Under the pieces are notes generated by a model. The model made no database searches. It was not told where the DNA came from and saw only the letters and a list, made by a program, of their open reading frames with translations. This document shows, piece by piece, positions 25,981-34,696 of a stretch of 64,000 nt of DNA; position 1 is the stretch's first letter; every line of letters begins with the position of its first letter. A program made the translations under genes and the position numbers. Source of the stretch: Candidatus Micrarchaeota archaeon (lineage in GTDB: Archaea > Micrarchaeota > Micrarchaeia > Anstonellales > Bilamarchaeaceae); assembly GCA_016212505.1 (NCBI GenBank), contig JACRGB010000039.1, positions 1,590 to 65,589 of the forward strand, given 5' to 3'.

Positions 25981-26166
25981 TTAGTTAATTCCTAACTTAT
26001 CCGTTCTCCAGTCTCTTCTCCTTCTATTGTAACTTACTTTCCTTTTTGTCCTGATCATGACAAATGCAGGTATTCTTTTAATCTGCCTGTTTGCTTTCGA
26101 AAGCTTCATTTTTTTTGTTAGTGTAGTTACGCCCATAAGTTTCCCTCTAATCTTTTTTGCTTCCAA
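25981..26166 (-). CDS. rpl39e: ribosomal protein eL39
   Basis: KLSKANRQIKRIPAFVMIRTKRKVSYNRRRRDWRTDKL matches the L39e pattern. The true start is probably an internal Met, giving about 51 aa. Confidence 0.85.
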   Translation of the reverse strand: MEAKKIRGKLMGVTTLTKKMKLSKANRQIKRIPAFVMIRTKRKVSYNRRRRDWRTDKLGIN

Positions 26167-26195
26167 TAAATTTTGTCCGTTCTTTGTCCCATTAC

Positions 26196-26474
26196 CTATT
26201 TCTTGTGAAACGTTATTCTTGTTTCAACCGGCTCATTTATTTTTTTTAATACCATAATGACTTCTTCTTCTTTTATCTTCCTTCCAATCCTTTGGTATGC
26301 CATGAGCAGCTGTTTTGCGGTATTTGTATATAGCTCCTTATTGGCAATTGCCACGTTCATAAGGCGCTCATACGCCGGCTCTTCAAGTGCGCTGCGCAGA
26401 ACGCTTTTTAATTGTGCTTCGGCGTTTTTTGCCTCAGCCGCCCGTTCTTTTGCATTGCCTTCACGTTCACTCAT
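26196..26474 (-). CDS. PDCD5/TFAR19-like DNA-binding protein (COG2118 family)
   Basis: ...LRSALEEPAYERLMNVAIANKELYTNTAKQLLMAYQRIGRKIKEEEVIMVLKKI... It occupies the conserved slot between rps19e and rpl39e. The start was taken at the Met abutting the rps19e stop. Confidence 0.75.
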   Translation of the reverse strand: MSEREGNAKERAAEAKNAEAQLKSVLRSALEEPAYERLMNVAIANKELYTNTAKQLLMAYQRIGRKIKEEEVIMVLKKINEPVETRITFHKK

Positions 26475-26878
26475 ATCCCGCTCTCTTTTGCACAATGATC
26501 AAGGAACTTCCTTCCTTTGGCTGAAATCTGCCTTCCTTGCTTTGTTTTTGTTAACAAACCTGCCTTTTCAAGTTCCTGCATTGCCTTTCTGATCGTGGAG
26601 CCGCCTGCAGGTACGTGCTTTTCAGGTCTTACCCCCTGTTTTTTTCTTCCGCCGTAATGGCGTCTTAATCTGTTAGTGCCAACGTTTCCCTGGACATATG
26701 CCTGTCTTAATATTGAAGCGCATCTGATGTACCAGAAATCCTGCTGGGATGGTGGTCTCTCTGCATGTGGACCGGTTTTAACTATCCCTACAAAAGCGGG
26801 TTTTTTTACCTCGCTTTTAAGTTTCGCTGCCGCATTTGCGATTAATTTGTTTGCGTCTACATCAAATACTGTAACCAT
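26471..26878 (-). CDS. rps19e: ribosomal protein eS19
   Basis: MVTVFDVDANKLI...PPSQQDFWYIRCASILRQAYV..GTNRLRRHYGGRK is typical of S19e. Confidence 0.9.
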   Translation of the reverse strand: MVTVFDVDANKLIANAAAKLKSEVKKPAFVGIVKTGPHAERPPSQQDFWYIRCASILRQAYVQGNVGTNRLRRHYGGRKKQGVRPEKHVPAGGSTIRKAMQELEKAGLLTKTKQGRQISAKGRKFLDHCAKESGI

Positions 26879-26955
26879 TCAATCACTCCAACTAGAAGTT
26901 GCATAAAAATTTGCAGAGATGAATTAGTTCATAATGCTATTTAAAGTTATGGTTT

Positions 26956-27309
26956 CTACCCAGTTTTCTCTACTAAAGGCACTACAGCGGCAAATTTTTG
27001 GCTTCCTCCCCTGCTTTCTATCTCTCTTCGAAGTGCCACAAGCAGTTCCCCTATCTCTTTGGCTCTATTTTTAAATAAAACCGTAGTTACTGCAACAGGC
27101 AGATCTACTTCCAATTCTTCCTTCAGTCCTCCGCTATTTACTATCCTTGCCCCAAAACGTTTTAATAGTTCTCTGCTCAAGCCGGATAATCTGCAATCAT
27201 GTTCCTTTGCGAGCAAAGTAAAATATGCCTTTACATTTCGAGCATACCCTTCCCTAAGTTGTTGTGATTTGACATTAGGTTTAACAGTCATGATCATCAT
27301 TTGAAACAA
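26956..27309 (-). CDS. hypothetical protein
   Basis: 117-aa ORF divergent from fibrillarin. No recognisable motif. The N-terminus is uncertain. Confidence 0.4.
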   Translation of the reverse strand: MFQMMIMTVKPNVKSQQLREGYARNVKAYFTLLAKEHDCRLSGLSRELLKRFGARIVNSGGLKEELEVDLPVAVTTVLFKNRAKEIGELLVALRREIESRGGSQKFAAVVPLVEKTG

Positions 27310-27345
27310 AATGAATTAAAATACCAAGCGATAAGACATAATTTG

Positions 27346-28014
27346 ATGGTATCTGGTTCCCAATCCTCATTTTATGGCACAGTACAGATAAAAGGCTCTT
27401 TCGCCACCCGTAATGCTGATAAGGGCAGGCGCGTTTATGGCGAGCGCCTGGTAAAAACTGACGACTTTGAATACCGGCTCTGGGATCCGCACCGAAGCAA
27501 GCTCTGCGGGGCGATGAAAAAAGGCCTCAAAACATTCCCGTTCAAATACGGGAGCAAAATCCTTTACCTAGGTGCATCTACCGGAACAACCATCTCGCAC
27601 CTTTCGGATATTATTGGTGATGAAGGCGAACTCTACGCCGTTGAAATTGCCCCACAATGTATGAAGAGCTTGATCAGTCTTTCCGAGCGCCGTAATAATA
27701 TTATACCAATCCATGCCGATGCCCGCCACCCCGAGGAATACGTTGATGTTGGCAAAGTTGAGATAATATATATGGATGTTGCGCAGCCTGATCAGGACGA
27801 GATCCTGATAAAAAATGCAAAAGAATTCCTGCAAAAGGACGGGATCGCGTTCTTTTGCGTAAAGAGTCAGTCCATTGATGTTACAAAAGAGCCTCAGGTC
27901 GTCTTTGACCAGGTGATAAAGAAGCTCGAGCCGCATTTTGAAGTTTTGGAAAAAATAAAACTTGAGCCATTTGATAAGGATCATTTGTTTCTTGCCTTAA
28001 GATTTTTGGCTTAG
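27346..28014 (+). CDS. flpA: fibrillarin (rRNA/tRNA 2'-O-methyltransferase)
   Basis: VYGERLV...EYRLWDPHRSKLCGA, the SAM motif ILYLGASTGTTISHLSD, and DVAQPDQ. The start was taken at ATG 27346; the ORF-track TTG 27301 overlaps the divergent ORF. Confidence 0.9.
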   Translation: MVSGSQSSFYGTVQIKGSFATRNADKGRRVYGERLVKTDDFEYRLWDPHRSKLCGAMKKGLKTFPFKYGSKILYLGASTGTTISHLSDIIGDEGELYAVEIAPQCMKSLISLSERRNNIIPIHADARHPEEYVDVGKVEIIYMDVAQPDQDEILIKNAKEFLQKDGIAFFCVKSQSIDVTKEPQVVFDQVIKKLEPHFEVLEKIKLEPFDKDHLFLALRFLA

Positions 28015-28031
28015 ATAATCCGACATTTTAC

Positions 28032-28451
28032 TCAAAACCTTTGCAAATTCAGCCCTGTTTTTTCATCAAAGCGCCTTTCTATTTTTATGTCGTGCAAATT
28101 AAGCACGATTTCGCAGTTTGGGTAAATTATGCCGCTCATCAAATGGCCTGAAACTGTTGAAAAATCCTCCTTGCTTATCGACATGTGGATGTGGATTGCG
28201 ATTTCGCCATCCTGCATCGCCATGTTCCCGTTTAGCGAGATAATTTCGAGCATCCCTTCGAATCTTTTTGTATTGTATTTCTTTTCGCGGCTGTCATAGT
28301 GCGATAGCTCGGCGAGTTTTGCAGCGCCAAGGCCCATTATGCTCGCGCCAGTTATTTTTTCTTTCCTGCCGATCGCTTTTAATGACCCGATTATCTCATC
28401 GCCATCATCAAGACGGATAGTGATCGTTTGCTTATTTTTTTTGTATTCCAT
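28032..28451 (-). CDS. PPC (DUF296) domain protein
   Basis: 139 aa with the pattern ..IRLDDGDEIIGSLKAI......GASIMGLGAA....L.HYD...K.Y......G.LEI.SL.GN.......IHIHMS... typical of the PCC/DUF296 fold. Confidence 0.6.
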   Translation of the reverse strand: MEYKKNKQTITIRLDDGDEIIGSLKAIGRKEKITGASIMGLGAAKLAELSHYDSREKKYNTKRFEGMLEIISLNGNMAMQDGEIAIHIHMSISKEDFSTVSGHLMSGIIYPNCEIVLNLHDIKIERRFDEKTGLNLQRF

Positions 28452-28480
28452 ATGGGCTGCCCCCCGTCATCCTTACTTTA

Positions 28481-28906
28481 CTAAACCAATTCGTCCGCTC
28501 TAAAAAGCCTTTCACAATAGTAGCACCGGTATTTTTTGTTATCCAGCTTAAAGAATGCGGTTTTTTCCTCATTGCTCATGCAATTGGGATTCGGGCATTT
28601 TTCCATTCCTCCAAGTTCTTTTGGCATAGTTATCGGGTATTTCCTCTCAACTTTGCCGCCCTTAATTATATTTATGGTAACTTCAGGGGCAATTAACCCA
28701 AGTGCATTTGCAGCTTCAGGAGAAACAATTTTTCCTTCGATTTTTACGATATCCTTAGTCCCCATTGCCTTGCTAGGGACATTAAGAACAACCGCGACAC
28801 GATGATTATAATCTTCCCCAATCCCAAGAATTTTCATGACCCGGTATGCCTGGCCCGAGCGGATATGGTCGACAACTGTCCCCATTTCTATCTTATCAAC
28901 TTGCAT
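28481..28906 (-). CDS. pyrI: aspartate carbamoyltransferase regulatory subunit
   Basis: GTVVDHI..G.A..V..IL, plus the C-terminal Zn site CPNPNC....YRCYYCE. It lies immediately downstream of pyrB. Confidence 0.9.
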   Translation of the reverse strand: MQVDKIEMGTVVDHIRSGQAYRVMKILGIGEDYNHRVAVVLNVPSKAMGTKDIVKIEGKIVSPEAANALGLIAPEVTINIIKGGKVERKYPITMPKELGGMEKCPNPNCMSNEEKTAFFKLDNKKYRCYYCERLFRADELV

Positions 28907-28920
28907 AAATTTCTCCTCAT

Positions 28921-29820
28921 CTATGCCCTGAGTACGTATTCGAGCACTGCCTGGCGTACTACCGGGCCGCAGTGGGCCTGCTCAAAATATTTTGCCTCCT
29001 CTAATTCATCCACTTCCTTATCTATCTCATTTAATTTTGGAAGCGGGTTAAGTATGATCATGCCTTCTTTTGCCTTTTTCAGGTCTTCCTTGCCTATTTT
29101 GTATTTTCCCACTGTCTTTGTTGCCTCATAGGGGTCTGCAAAGCGCTCCTGCTGTATCCTGCACATATACAATACGTCTGTTTTTGCAAGATTTGGCTCT
29201 TTTTGCTCCTCGAACTTTACTTTGAATTTGGCTTCTACTTCCTGGGCATAATCCTTATCCATCTCAAGGCTTGATGGTGCAACTAATGTTACCTTTGCAC
29301 CGAACATTGCCAGCCCATATAAGAGTGAACGCATTGTTCTTGCATGTTTTAGGTCACCCATAAGCGTTACATTGAGGTTGGCGAGCCTGCCCTTGTTTTT
29401 TTTCATTACAAAAAGGTCGATTAGGGTTTGCGTCGGGTGCTGGTTTGCCCCATCCCCGCAGTTTATTACCGGTTTATCGCTTATGTCTGCGGCTAACCTT
29501 GCAGACCCTTCCTTTGGGTGCCTTATTGCAAGGACATCTGCGTATCCTGAGATTACTTTTATCGTATCAGTAAACGTTTCGCCTTTTTTTAACGAGCTCA
29601 TTTCCGGATCAAAATCCAAATATCCCATCCCTGCCCTTAATGCAGCAGACTGGAAGGATAGTTTGGTTCTGGTAGATGGTTCAAAAAACAGTGTAGCCAA
29701 TATTTTCCCTTTTAGGCCGACTTTCTCGCTTTTATTATCGCCTTTGCTTATTTTTTCCGCTCGGTCAAGAATGCTTTCAATGTCTTTTTTTTCAAGGTCT
29801 CTAATTGAAACTAGGTCCAT
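28921..29820 (-). CDS. pyrB: aspartate carbamoyltransferase catalytic subunit
   Basis: FFEPSTRTKLSF (STRT motif), HPTQTLIDL, and the carbamoyl-phosphate and aspartate binding halves. Confidence 0.95.
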   Translation of the reverse strand: MDLVSIRDLEKKDIESILDRAEKISKGDNKSEKVGLKGKILATLFFEPSTRTKLSFQSAALRAGMGYLDFDPEMSSLKKGETFTDTIKVISGYADVLAIRHPKEGSARLAADISDKPVINCGDGANQHPTQTLIDLFVMKKNKGRLANLNVTLMGDLKHARTMRSLLYGLAMFGAKVTLVAPSSLEMDKDYAQEVEAKFKVKFEEQKEPNLAKTDVLYMCRIQQERFADPYEATKTVGKYKIGKEDLKKAKEGMIILNPLPKLNEIDKEVDELEEAKYFEQAHCGPVVRQAVLEYVLRA

Positions 29821-29886
29821 ATGTATCTTTATATTAATCTATAGACAAATTTTAAAATTTGTCCTTTGAAGTTTAAACGGTTCATT

Positions 29887-30465
29887 ATGGCTAAAAAAGG
29901 AAAACTCGTAGTTTTTGAAGGCTTAGACGGATCTGGCAAAAGCGCACAGATAGATTTACTTAAGGAGAAATTCCCCGAACTTGTGCTTTTCAAATTCCCA
30001 ACCCGCAACTACCCGATGCTAAACGATTATCTGGAAAAGAAAATTTCCATTGACCCGAAATCCTTATTCCTGCTGTTTCTGGCAGATATTGCAGAGCAAC
30101 AACAAAAAATAAAAGAATCGCTCGATGCTGGGAAACTGGTTGTACTCGACCGCTATGTTTTTTCGACAATCGCATACGAATGTAATGGCATTGATCATCA
30201 GCGAGCGAAAAAAATTGTTGAAAGTGTTGGTTATCTGGTTCCTGATTTGGTAATCCTTTTGGATATTGACGGAAAAACTTCGCAAGAACGAAAGAAGAAA
30301 CAAAAACAGCTCGATCGCTATGAGGAAAATATCATTTATCTGGATAAAGTACGCGAAAATTTCCTAAAACTGGATTCAGAAAAGTTTTTAACCAAAAACT
30401 GGCATAAAATCAATGCTAATAAAGACATATCCCAGATAAATAAAGAAATACTAGCTCTATTGTGA
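29887..30465 (+). CDS. tmk: thymidylate kinase
   Basis: P-loop FEGLDGSGKS and DRY motif LDRYVFSTIAY. ATG at 29887; the ORF track begins at an upstream TTG. Confidence 0.85.
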   Translation: MAKKGKLVVFEGLDGSGKSAQIDLLKEKFPELVLFKFPTRNYPMLNDYLEKKISIDPKSLFLLFLADIAEQQQKIKESLDAGKLVVLDRYVFSTIAYECNGIDHQRAKKIVESVGYLVPDLVILLDIDGKTSQERKKKQKQLDRYEENIIYLDKVRENFLKLDSEKFLTKNWHKINANKDISQINKEILALL

Positions 30466-30479
30466 ACTCATTTTATGTT

Positions 30480-30554
30480 GCTTCGCTCGTCTAGACCGGT
30501 CAAGGATTGTGGACTTTCACTCCACCGACCTGGGTTCAAATCCCAGGCGAAGCA
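30480..30554 (+). tRNA. tRNA-Glu (anticodon UUC)
   Basis: Hand fold gives acceptor GCTTCGC/GCGAAGC, anticodon stem GTGGA/TCCAC with loop CT-TTC-AC, T-arm CTGGG-TTCAAAT-CCCAG and discriminator A. No encoded CCA. 75 nt. Confidence 0.9.
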
Positions 30555-30571
30555 TTTATTTTTCGTTAATC
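30541..30571 (+). repeat. left copy of direct repeat (tRNA-Glu 3-prime end plus 17 nt downstream)
   Basis: tcccaggcgaagcatttatttttcgttaatc aligns with 31326-31356 with 4 mismatches in 31 nt. Confidence 0.65.
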
Positions 30572-30672
30572 GTTTCCTGTTTCGGGTTTTTCGGTTTCGT
30601 TGCTGTATCGATCTCAAAACTGATCTTAAACCTACCCTAACCTTTTTATTTTATGCCAGGGTTTGCCTAAGT

Positions 30673-31242
30673 ATGACTAATATGAAAAGCCTCGCAATTA
30701 TTGCACTCATTTTGCTTTTTGGCTGCCTTGGCCAAAACCCATCATCGCAAAATACGCAAACTTCCACGCAAGAGCCTGCCACAATTTCCCTTCCGAGGGG
30801 TACTGCGGATTATACATATTATTCATCCCCGCTATATCTTTTATATTATCCTCGTGGATGGTATTTGGCAGAACCCCAGAACGGTGTTGTTATTATCGAT
30901 TCACCGGCAGATGGCCCAGATAATTTTTCACAGCAATTTGTGGTTGAAATATGGGCAGGCAACCAGTCAACAGCAGAAGAATTTGAATCCTACGAGCGCT
31001 CGCTACTTACACCGCAAGACAAAATAATCAGCAAGAACCAAACAACTTTTCATAATACGGCCGCCTTTGTGATTGAGTACCAGAGCCCTCTCTCCAGCCC
31101 GCCGCTTCAATATAAGACTATTTTTTTCAGGAACGGCAAATGGGTTTATCGTTTAAGTTATGCTGTGGAACAAAGCAGGCTTGATAAATTCCGGCCAACA
31201 ATGGAATCAATTCTGGAGAAGTTCCAAATTGGTAACGGATAG
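30673..31242 (+). CDS. secreted lipoprotein-like hypothetical protein
   Basis: MTNMKSLAIIALILLFGC is a signal peptide with a lipobox-like LFGC. The longer track ORF (from 30475) would run through the tRNA gene. Confidence 0.6.
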   Translation: MTNMKSLAIIALILLFGCLGQNPSSQNTQTSTQEPATISLPRGTADYTYYSSPLYLLYYPRGWYLAEPQNGVVIIDSPADGPDNFSQQFVVEIWAGNQSTAEEFESYERSLLTPQDKIISKNQTTFHNTAAFVIEYQSPLSSPPLQYKTIFFRNGKWVYRLSYAVEQSRLDKFRPTMESILEKFQIGNG

Positions 31243-31325
31243 ATTCAAAAGAGTTTTCAGTTTTATTCCTCGGGTTTCCCGTTTCGTGCGGGGAACTGGA
31301 AACAGGAAACCGGAAACTTGGAATC

Positions 31326-31356
31326 TCCCAGGTGAAGCAATTATTTTTCTATAATC
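31326..31356 (+). repeat. right copy of the tRNA-Glu 3-prime-end direct repeat
   Basis: tcccaggtgaagcaattatttttctataatc. It is preceded by the GAAAC-rich element ggaactggaaacaggaaaccggaaacttgg. Confidence 0.65.
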
Positions 31357-31432
31357 ATTATTATTTTGAGTTTACACTTTCGTAACCAGATTACCGTGGT
31401 TTTTTAAGGTCATCTGTAGTAATCATTAGGTT

Positions 31433-32362
31433 ATGCCACAATCTGGAAAAACCAAAGCAGCGTGGTCTGCAGTTGCTAGAAATCCGAAATCTCTATTTGA
31501 TTTTGATCGCTACAAGGAAGTAGTTGACTTTGTAGATCGGACGGTTCCATCAAGCTCCAGAACTATTCTTTTGGGTGGTGGTCGAGGCTATCTCGGTCAC
31601 TTGATGAGCAAGGGCCAAAGATCTTTTGTAAATGTAGATCTTGTTTTGTTATCTGAGCCTTTTCTACCAACTATTCAATTGGATATCGAGTTCCCAATCC
31701 CCCCAGAAACTATTACTCGCATTAGAACTGGCTCTTCACTTGCAACCGTAATTACTCCTTTCTCATTAGAATATACTGAAATTGAACTTTCACTCAGAGC
31801 CATTTCTGCTCTTTTAACTAAAGGCGAATTATGGATTTGGCTTTGCCACCATTCTGATGCGGATATTGTTCAAAACTTACGACGTGTGCACACAATGCTC
31901 CCGATAATAAAACAAACAGTAGAACAAATTCAACGAGAATCCCCTTCCAAATGGTTTGGCATAGCAACAGCATTTGAATCATCCATCAGGTCTATTTACC
32001 CTGATATGGAAGACATTACCATCGTTAACGCTTCATCACTGGTGTTTATGGAGCTTTTACGCAATGTATTTCAGAGAAAGCACATTCCAATTGGTCATTT
32101 GCTTTTTTTAGCCGGAACTTTACGCCGTGCATATGAGCATCCTGAACTCAGAGATTCTGCAATAAAGATAATACGACAAGGTGAAGAAAGATTTGAAACT
32201 GATGTATCATACTCCTTACTCATGGTGGGTCGAGATTTGAGGAAACCCGCTGATTTGAACAATTCTGTAGGAAAAGATTTCCACCTTGTTGAAGGAACAA
32301 CCTTTATCAATCCGGATAGCGGAAATCCTGCAGTTTTAGTAGGAATTTTTGAAAAATATTAA
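31433..32362 (+). CDS. hypothetical protein, possibly a class I methyltransferase-like fold
   Basis: 309 aa. ILLGGGRGYLG then VNVDLV then ATVITPFSLEYT loosely resemble SAM-MTase motifs I, II and IV. Weak. Confidence 0.45.
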   Translation: MPQSGKTKAAWSAVARNPKSLFDFDRYKEVVDFVDRTVPSSSRTILLGGGRGYLGHLMSKGQRSFVNVDLVLLSEPFLPTIQLDIEFPIPPETITRIRTGSSLATVITPFSLEYTEIELSLRAISALLTKGELWIWLCHHSDADIVQNLRRVHTMLPIIKQTVEQIQRESPSKWFGIATAFESSIRSIYPDMEDITIVNASSLVFMELLRNVFQRKHIPIGHLLFLAGTLRRAYEHPELRDSAIKIIRQGEERFETDVSYSLLMVGRDLRKPADLNNSVGKDFHLVEGTTFINPDSGNPAVLVGIFEKY

Positions 32363-33975
32363 ATATTTTTCCCCGCCCTTGCATTTTCCGAATAATCCAC
32401 AGGAACATCAACAATAGCAACTTCGCCGCTCTTTGCAGCTAAACTAAGGGTTTCTTCCAGCTCACTCATCCGCTCAACCCGGTATCCCTTTACGCCAAAG
32501 CTTTCAGCAAACTTGACAAAATCAGGATTACCAAATTTAACGCCAAAAACTTTTTTACCTACTTTTTTCTGGCTCCATTCAATCATCCCATAACCAGAGT
32601 CGTTGAAAATTACACCGACAAAAGGAGCATTAACCCTTTTGGCAGTTTCAATTTCCTGAGCGTTCATCATAAATCCGCCATCGCCATTTGCAGAAAATAC
32701 TGTTTTTTCAGGCTTTGCTAATTTTGCGCCGATTGCGCCGGGTATTGCGATTCCCATCGATGCAAGGCCGTTTGATATTACAACTGTATTTGGCTTATAG
32801 GTAGGAAATAACCTCGAAATCCATATTTTGTGCGATCCGACATCGCTTACTAGAATATCCTCCTCTTTCATGGCCTTCCTCATGGCGACCAAAATCTGCT
32901 GTGGCTTAAATGGAACTGAAGGAGTAAATGATTCGCGTTCCTTGTTGAAGTGAGCGCGCAGCTTTTTTATCGCTTCAAGGTCGGTATTCCGCCTATCTAT
33001 CAGGCCTGCGAGCAACTGGAGGTTGTGTGCTATGCTACCGATCAATTCAATATCAAACTGATAATATGAATCGACAAATTCTTCAGGGACCGTATCGATG
33101 CAGATTATTTTCTTGTTCCTGTCCTTGTTCCAATACTCGGGTGAGTATTCAACTAAATCATATCCGATTGTTATTATCAGGTCCGCCTTTCTGACTTCCT
33201 CGACAATATAATCCTCCTTTGTTCCAAGTGTTCCTAGCGAAAGCGGGTGGATTCCTGATATTGTGCCCTTGCTCATGAACGTTTTTGCAACTGGCAGGTT
33301 GGTTTTTTCCACAAACCCAATAAACTCATCCGCGCAGCGAGTCCGCTCGACACTGTTTCCGCAAATGATGATCGGATTTTTTGAATTGTTTATGAGTTCT
33401 GCCGCCTTTCTGATATCGATTTCATTCGCATACTGTTCAGGAACATCAACAACTTTTAGCGGTTTGGCCTCGGTTTGTGCTTTTGCAATGTCATTTGCTA
33501 TTTCGATGTGCGTTGCGCCGAATTTTTCACTGGTACTTATCCGAAATGCTTTTCTTACTACTTCAGGAACGCTATCTGCACTACTAATTCTTGTATTCCA
33601 TTTTGTTATTGGCTTAAACGCCCTTACAATGTCAATGAACTGGTGCTGTTCCTTGTGCATTTCCTTAAAATCCGCCTGCCCTGTTATTGCGACTAATGGC
33701 GAATGGTCCAAATTTGCACTCGCAACCCCGGTTGCCAAATTCAATGCCCCTGGCCCAAGAGTTGCAAGGCATACTCCTGGTTTGTATTTAATCCTGCCAT
33801 AAACATCTGCCATAAATGCAGCGCCCTGCTCCTGGCGCGCTGTTATGAATTTTATTTTATTCGAGCTGGAAAGCGATTCCATTACTTCTAGGTTTTCCTC
33901 GCCAGGTAAACCAAAAATATATTCAACGCCCTCGTTTTCAAGGCATTTTACCATTAAATCGCTTGCTTTCATCAA
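32359..33975 (-). CDS. thiamine-pyrophosphate enzyme, acetolactate synthase large-subunit family
   Basis: N-terminal Pyr domain (VEYIFGLPGEENL) and TPP-binding motif GDGGFMMNAQEIETA..N. 538 aa. Confidence 0.9.
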   Translation of the reverse strand: MMKASDLMVKCLENEGVEYIFGLPGEENLEVMESLSSSNKIKFITARQEQGAAFMADVYGRIKYKPGVCLATLGPGALNLATGVASANLDHSPLVAITGQADFKEMHKEQHQFIDIVRAFKPITKWNTRISSADSVPEVVRKAFRISTSEKFGATHIEIANDIAKAQTEAKPLKVVDVPEQYANEIDIRKAAELINNSKNPIIICGNSVERTRCADEFIGFVEKTNLPVAKTFMSKGTISGIHPLSLGTLGTKEDYIVEEVRKADLIITIGYDLVEYSPEYWNKDRNKKIICIDTVPEEFVDSYYQFDIELIGSIAHNLQLLAGLIDRRNTDLEAIKKLRAHFNKERESFTPSVPFKPQQILVAMRKAMKEEDILVSDVGSHKIWISRLFPTYKPNTVVISNGLASMGIAIPGAIGAKLAKPEKTVFSANGDGGFMMNAQEIETAKRVNAPFVGVIFNDSGYGMIEWSQKKVGKKVFGVKFGNPDFVKFAESFGVKGYRVERMSELEETLSLAAKSGEVAIVDVPVDYSENARAGKNI

Positions 33976-34025
33976 TCTTCTTTTGCTAAAGCCGATTTAA
34001 AAATTGTTTTCTTGAAAAATAGGGT

Positions 34026-34283
34026 ATGGAGATAATGGGCATAAAGGTCAACCAAGCGGGCATCCTTATGGCCGCAGGAGGCGGGGCTGTAGCTGCTTCC
34101 TCATTAGTTAGTGATGCACGAGGAACACCGTTCGAACTTGCTGGCGCATTTGCACCTGCTCCGGCCCGGGCTGTTTTTGGCGGATTAACCGCGGCAGTCG
34201 GAATTGGATTATTTGCAACGACTTTTTTGGCGTTTAGCTTCTTATCCTCAAGACTCGGAAAGAAACCCCGGAAGAAAAAGTAA
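34026..34283 (+). CDS. possible small Gly/Ala-rich tail-anchored membrane protein
   Basis: 85-aa ORF with tttaaaaa upstream and a C-terminal TM (GIGLFATTFLAFSFL) followed by KKPRKKK. An antisense ORF of similar size exists, so coding status is uncertain. Confidence 0.35.
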   Translation: MEIMGIKVNQAGILMAAGGGAVAASSLVSDARGTPFELAGAFAPAPARAVFGGLTAAVGIGLFATTFLAFSFLSSRLGKKPRKKK

Positions 34284-34291
34284 TTCACAAT

Positions 34292-34690
34292 CTAAAACAC
34301 AGACCCGCAAACTGAAAACTCAAAACAGGAAACAAATGAAATTTTGGGCTTCAGTTTGAAAAACTCATTTAATTCGTTTTTCAAAATCGCCCATAAATCT
34401 GAGACACGAAACATGAAACTGACCAATTGAAACCTCTCAGGTTTCAATGGTCCATTGAACGAGTTGTCGTTCAATTGGAGCACTGCAAATAGTTTATGGG
34501 CTTCAGTTTGTCCTGCGGGACAAATCAGCCCAAGTTTCCTGAGGGCAAAACCCAAAACGGAAAACTGGAAACCAACGAAACTTGGGCTTCCGCTTGAACT
34601 GCGGTTCAAGATCGCCCATAAGTCCTGAGTCACAAAACCCGAAACTGAGAACAGAGAACGACTTATGGGCTTCCCGGTTAGCAATGCACA
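34292..34690 (+). repeat. array of 3-4 degenerate hairpin-containing repeats plus a twin hairpin, GAAAC-rich spacers
   Basis: Units start at gggcttc (34346, 34498, 34584, 34667). Same-position stems differ but stay perfect: TTTGAAAAAC/GTTTTTCAAA, TTTGTCC/GGACAAA and CTTGAAC/GTTCAAG. Two of them have C(UGCG)G loops on the plus strand. Confidence 0.7.
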
Positions 34691-34696
34691 AAATAT

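Noticed and set aside
30475-30672. N-terminal 66 codons of the 255-aa track ORF
   Set aside because: They run straight through the tRNA-Glu gene. A signal-peptide Met at 30673 gives a sensible protein.
34584-34625. tRNA-like T-arm string ggttcaagatcgccc suggesting a tRNA or tRNA fragment
   Set aside because: The segment folds as a simple CTTGAAC/GTTCAAG hairpin. No acceptor, D or anticodon arms can be drawn.
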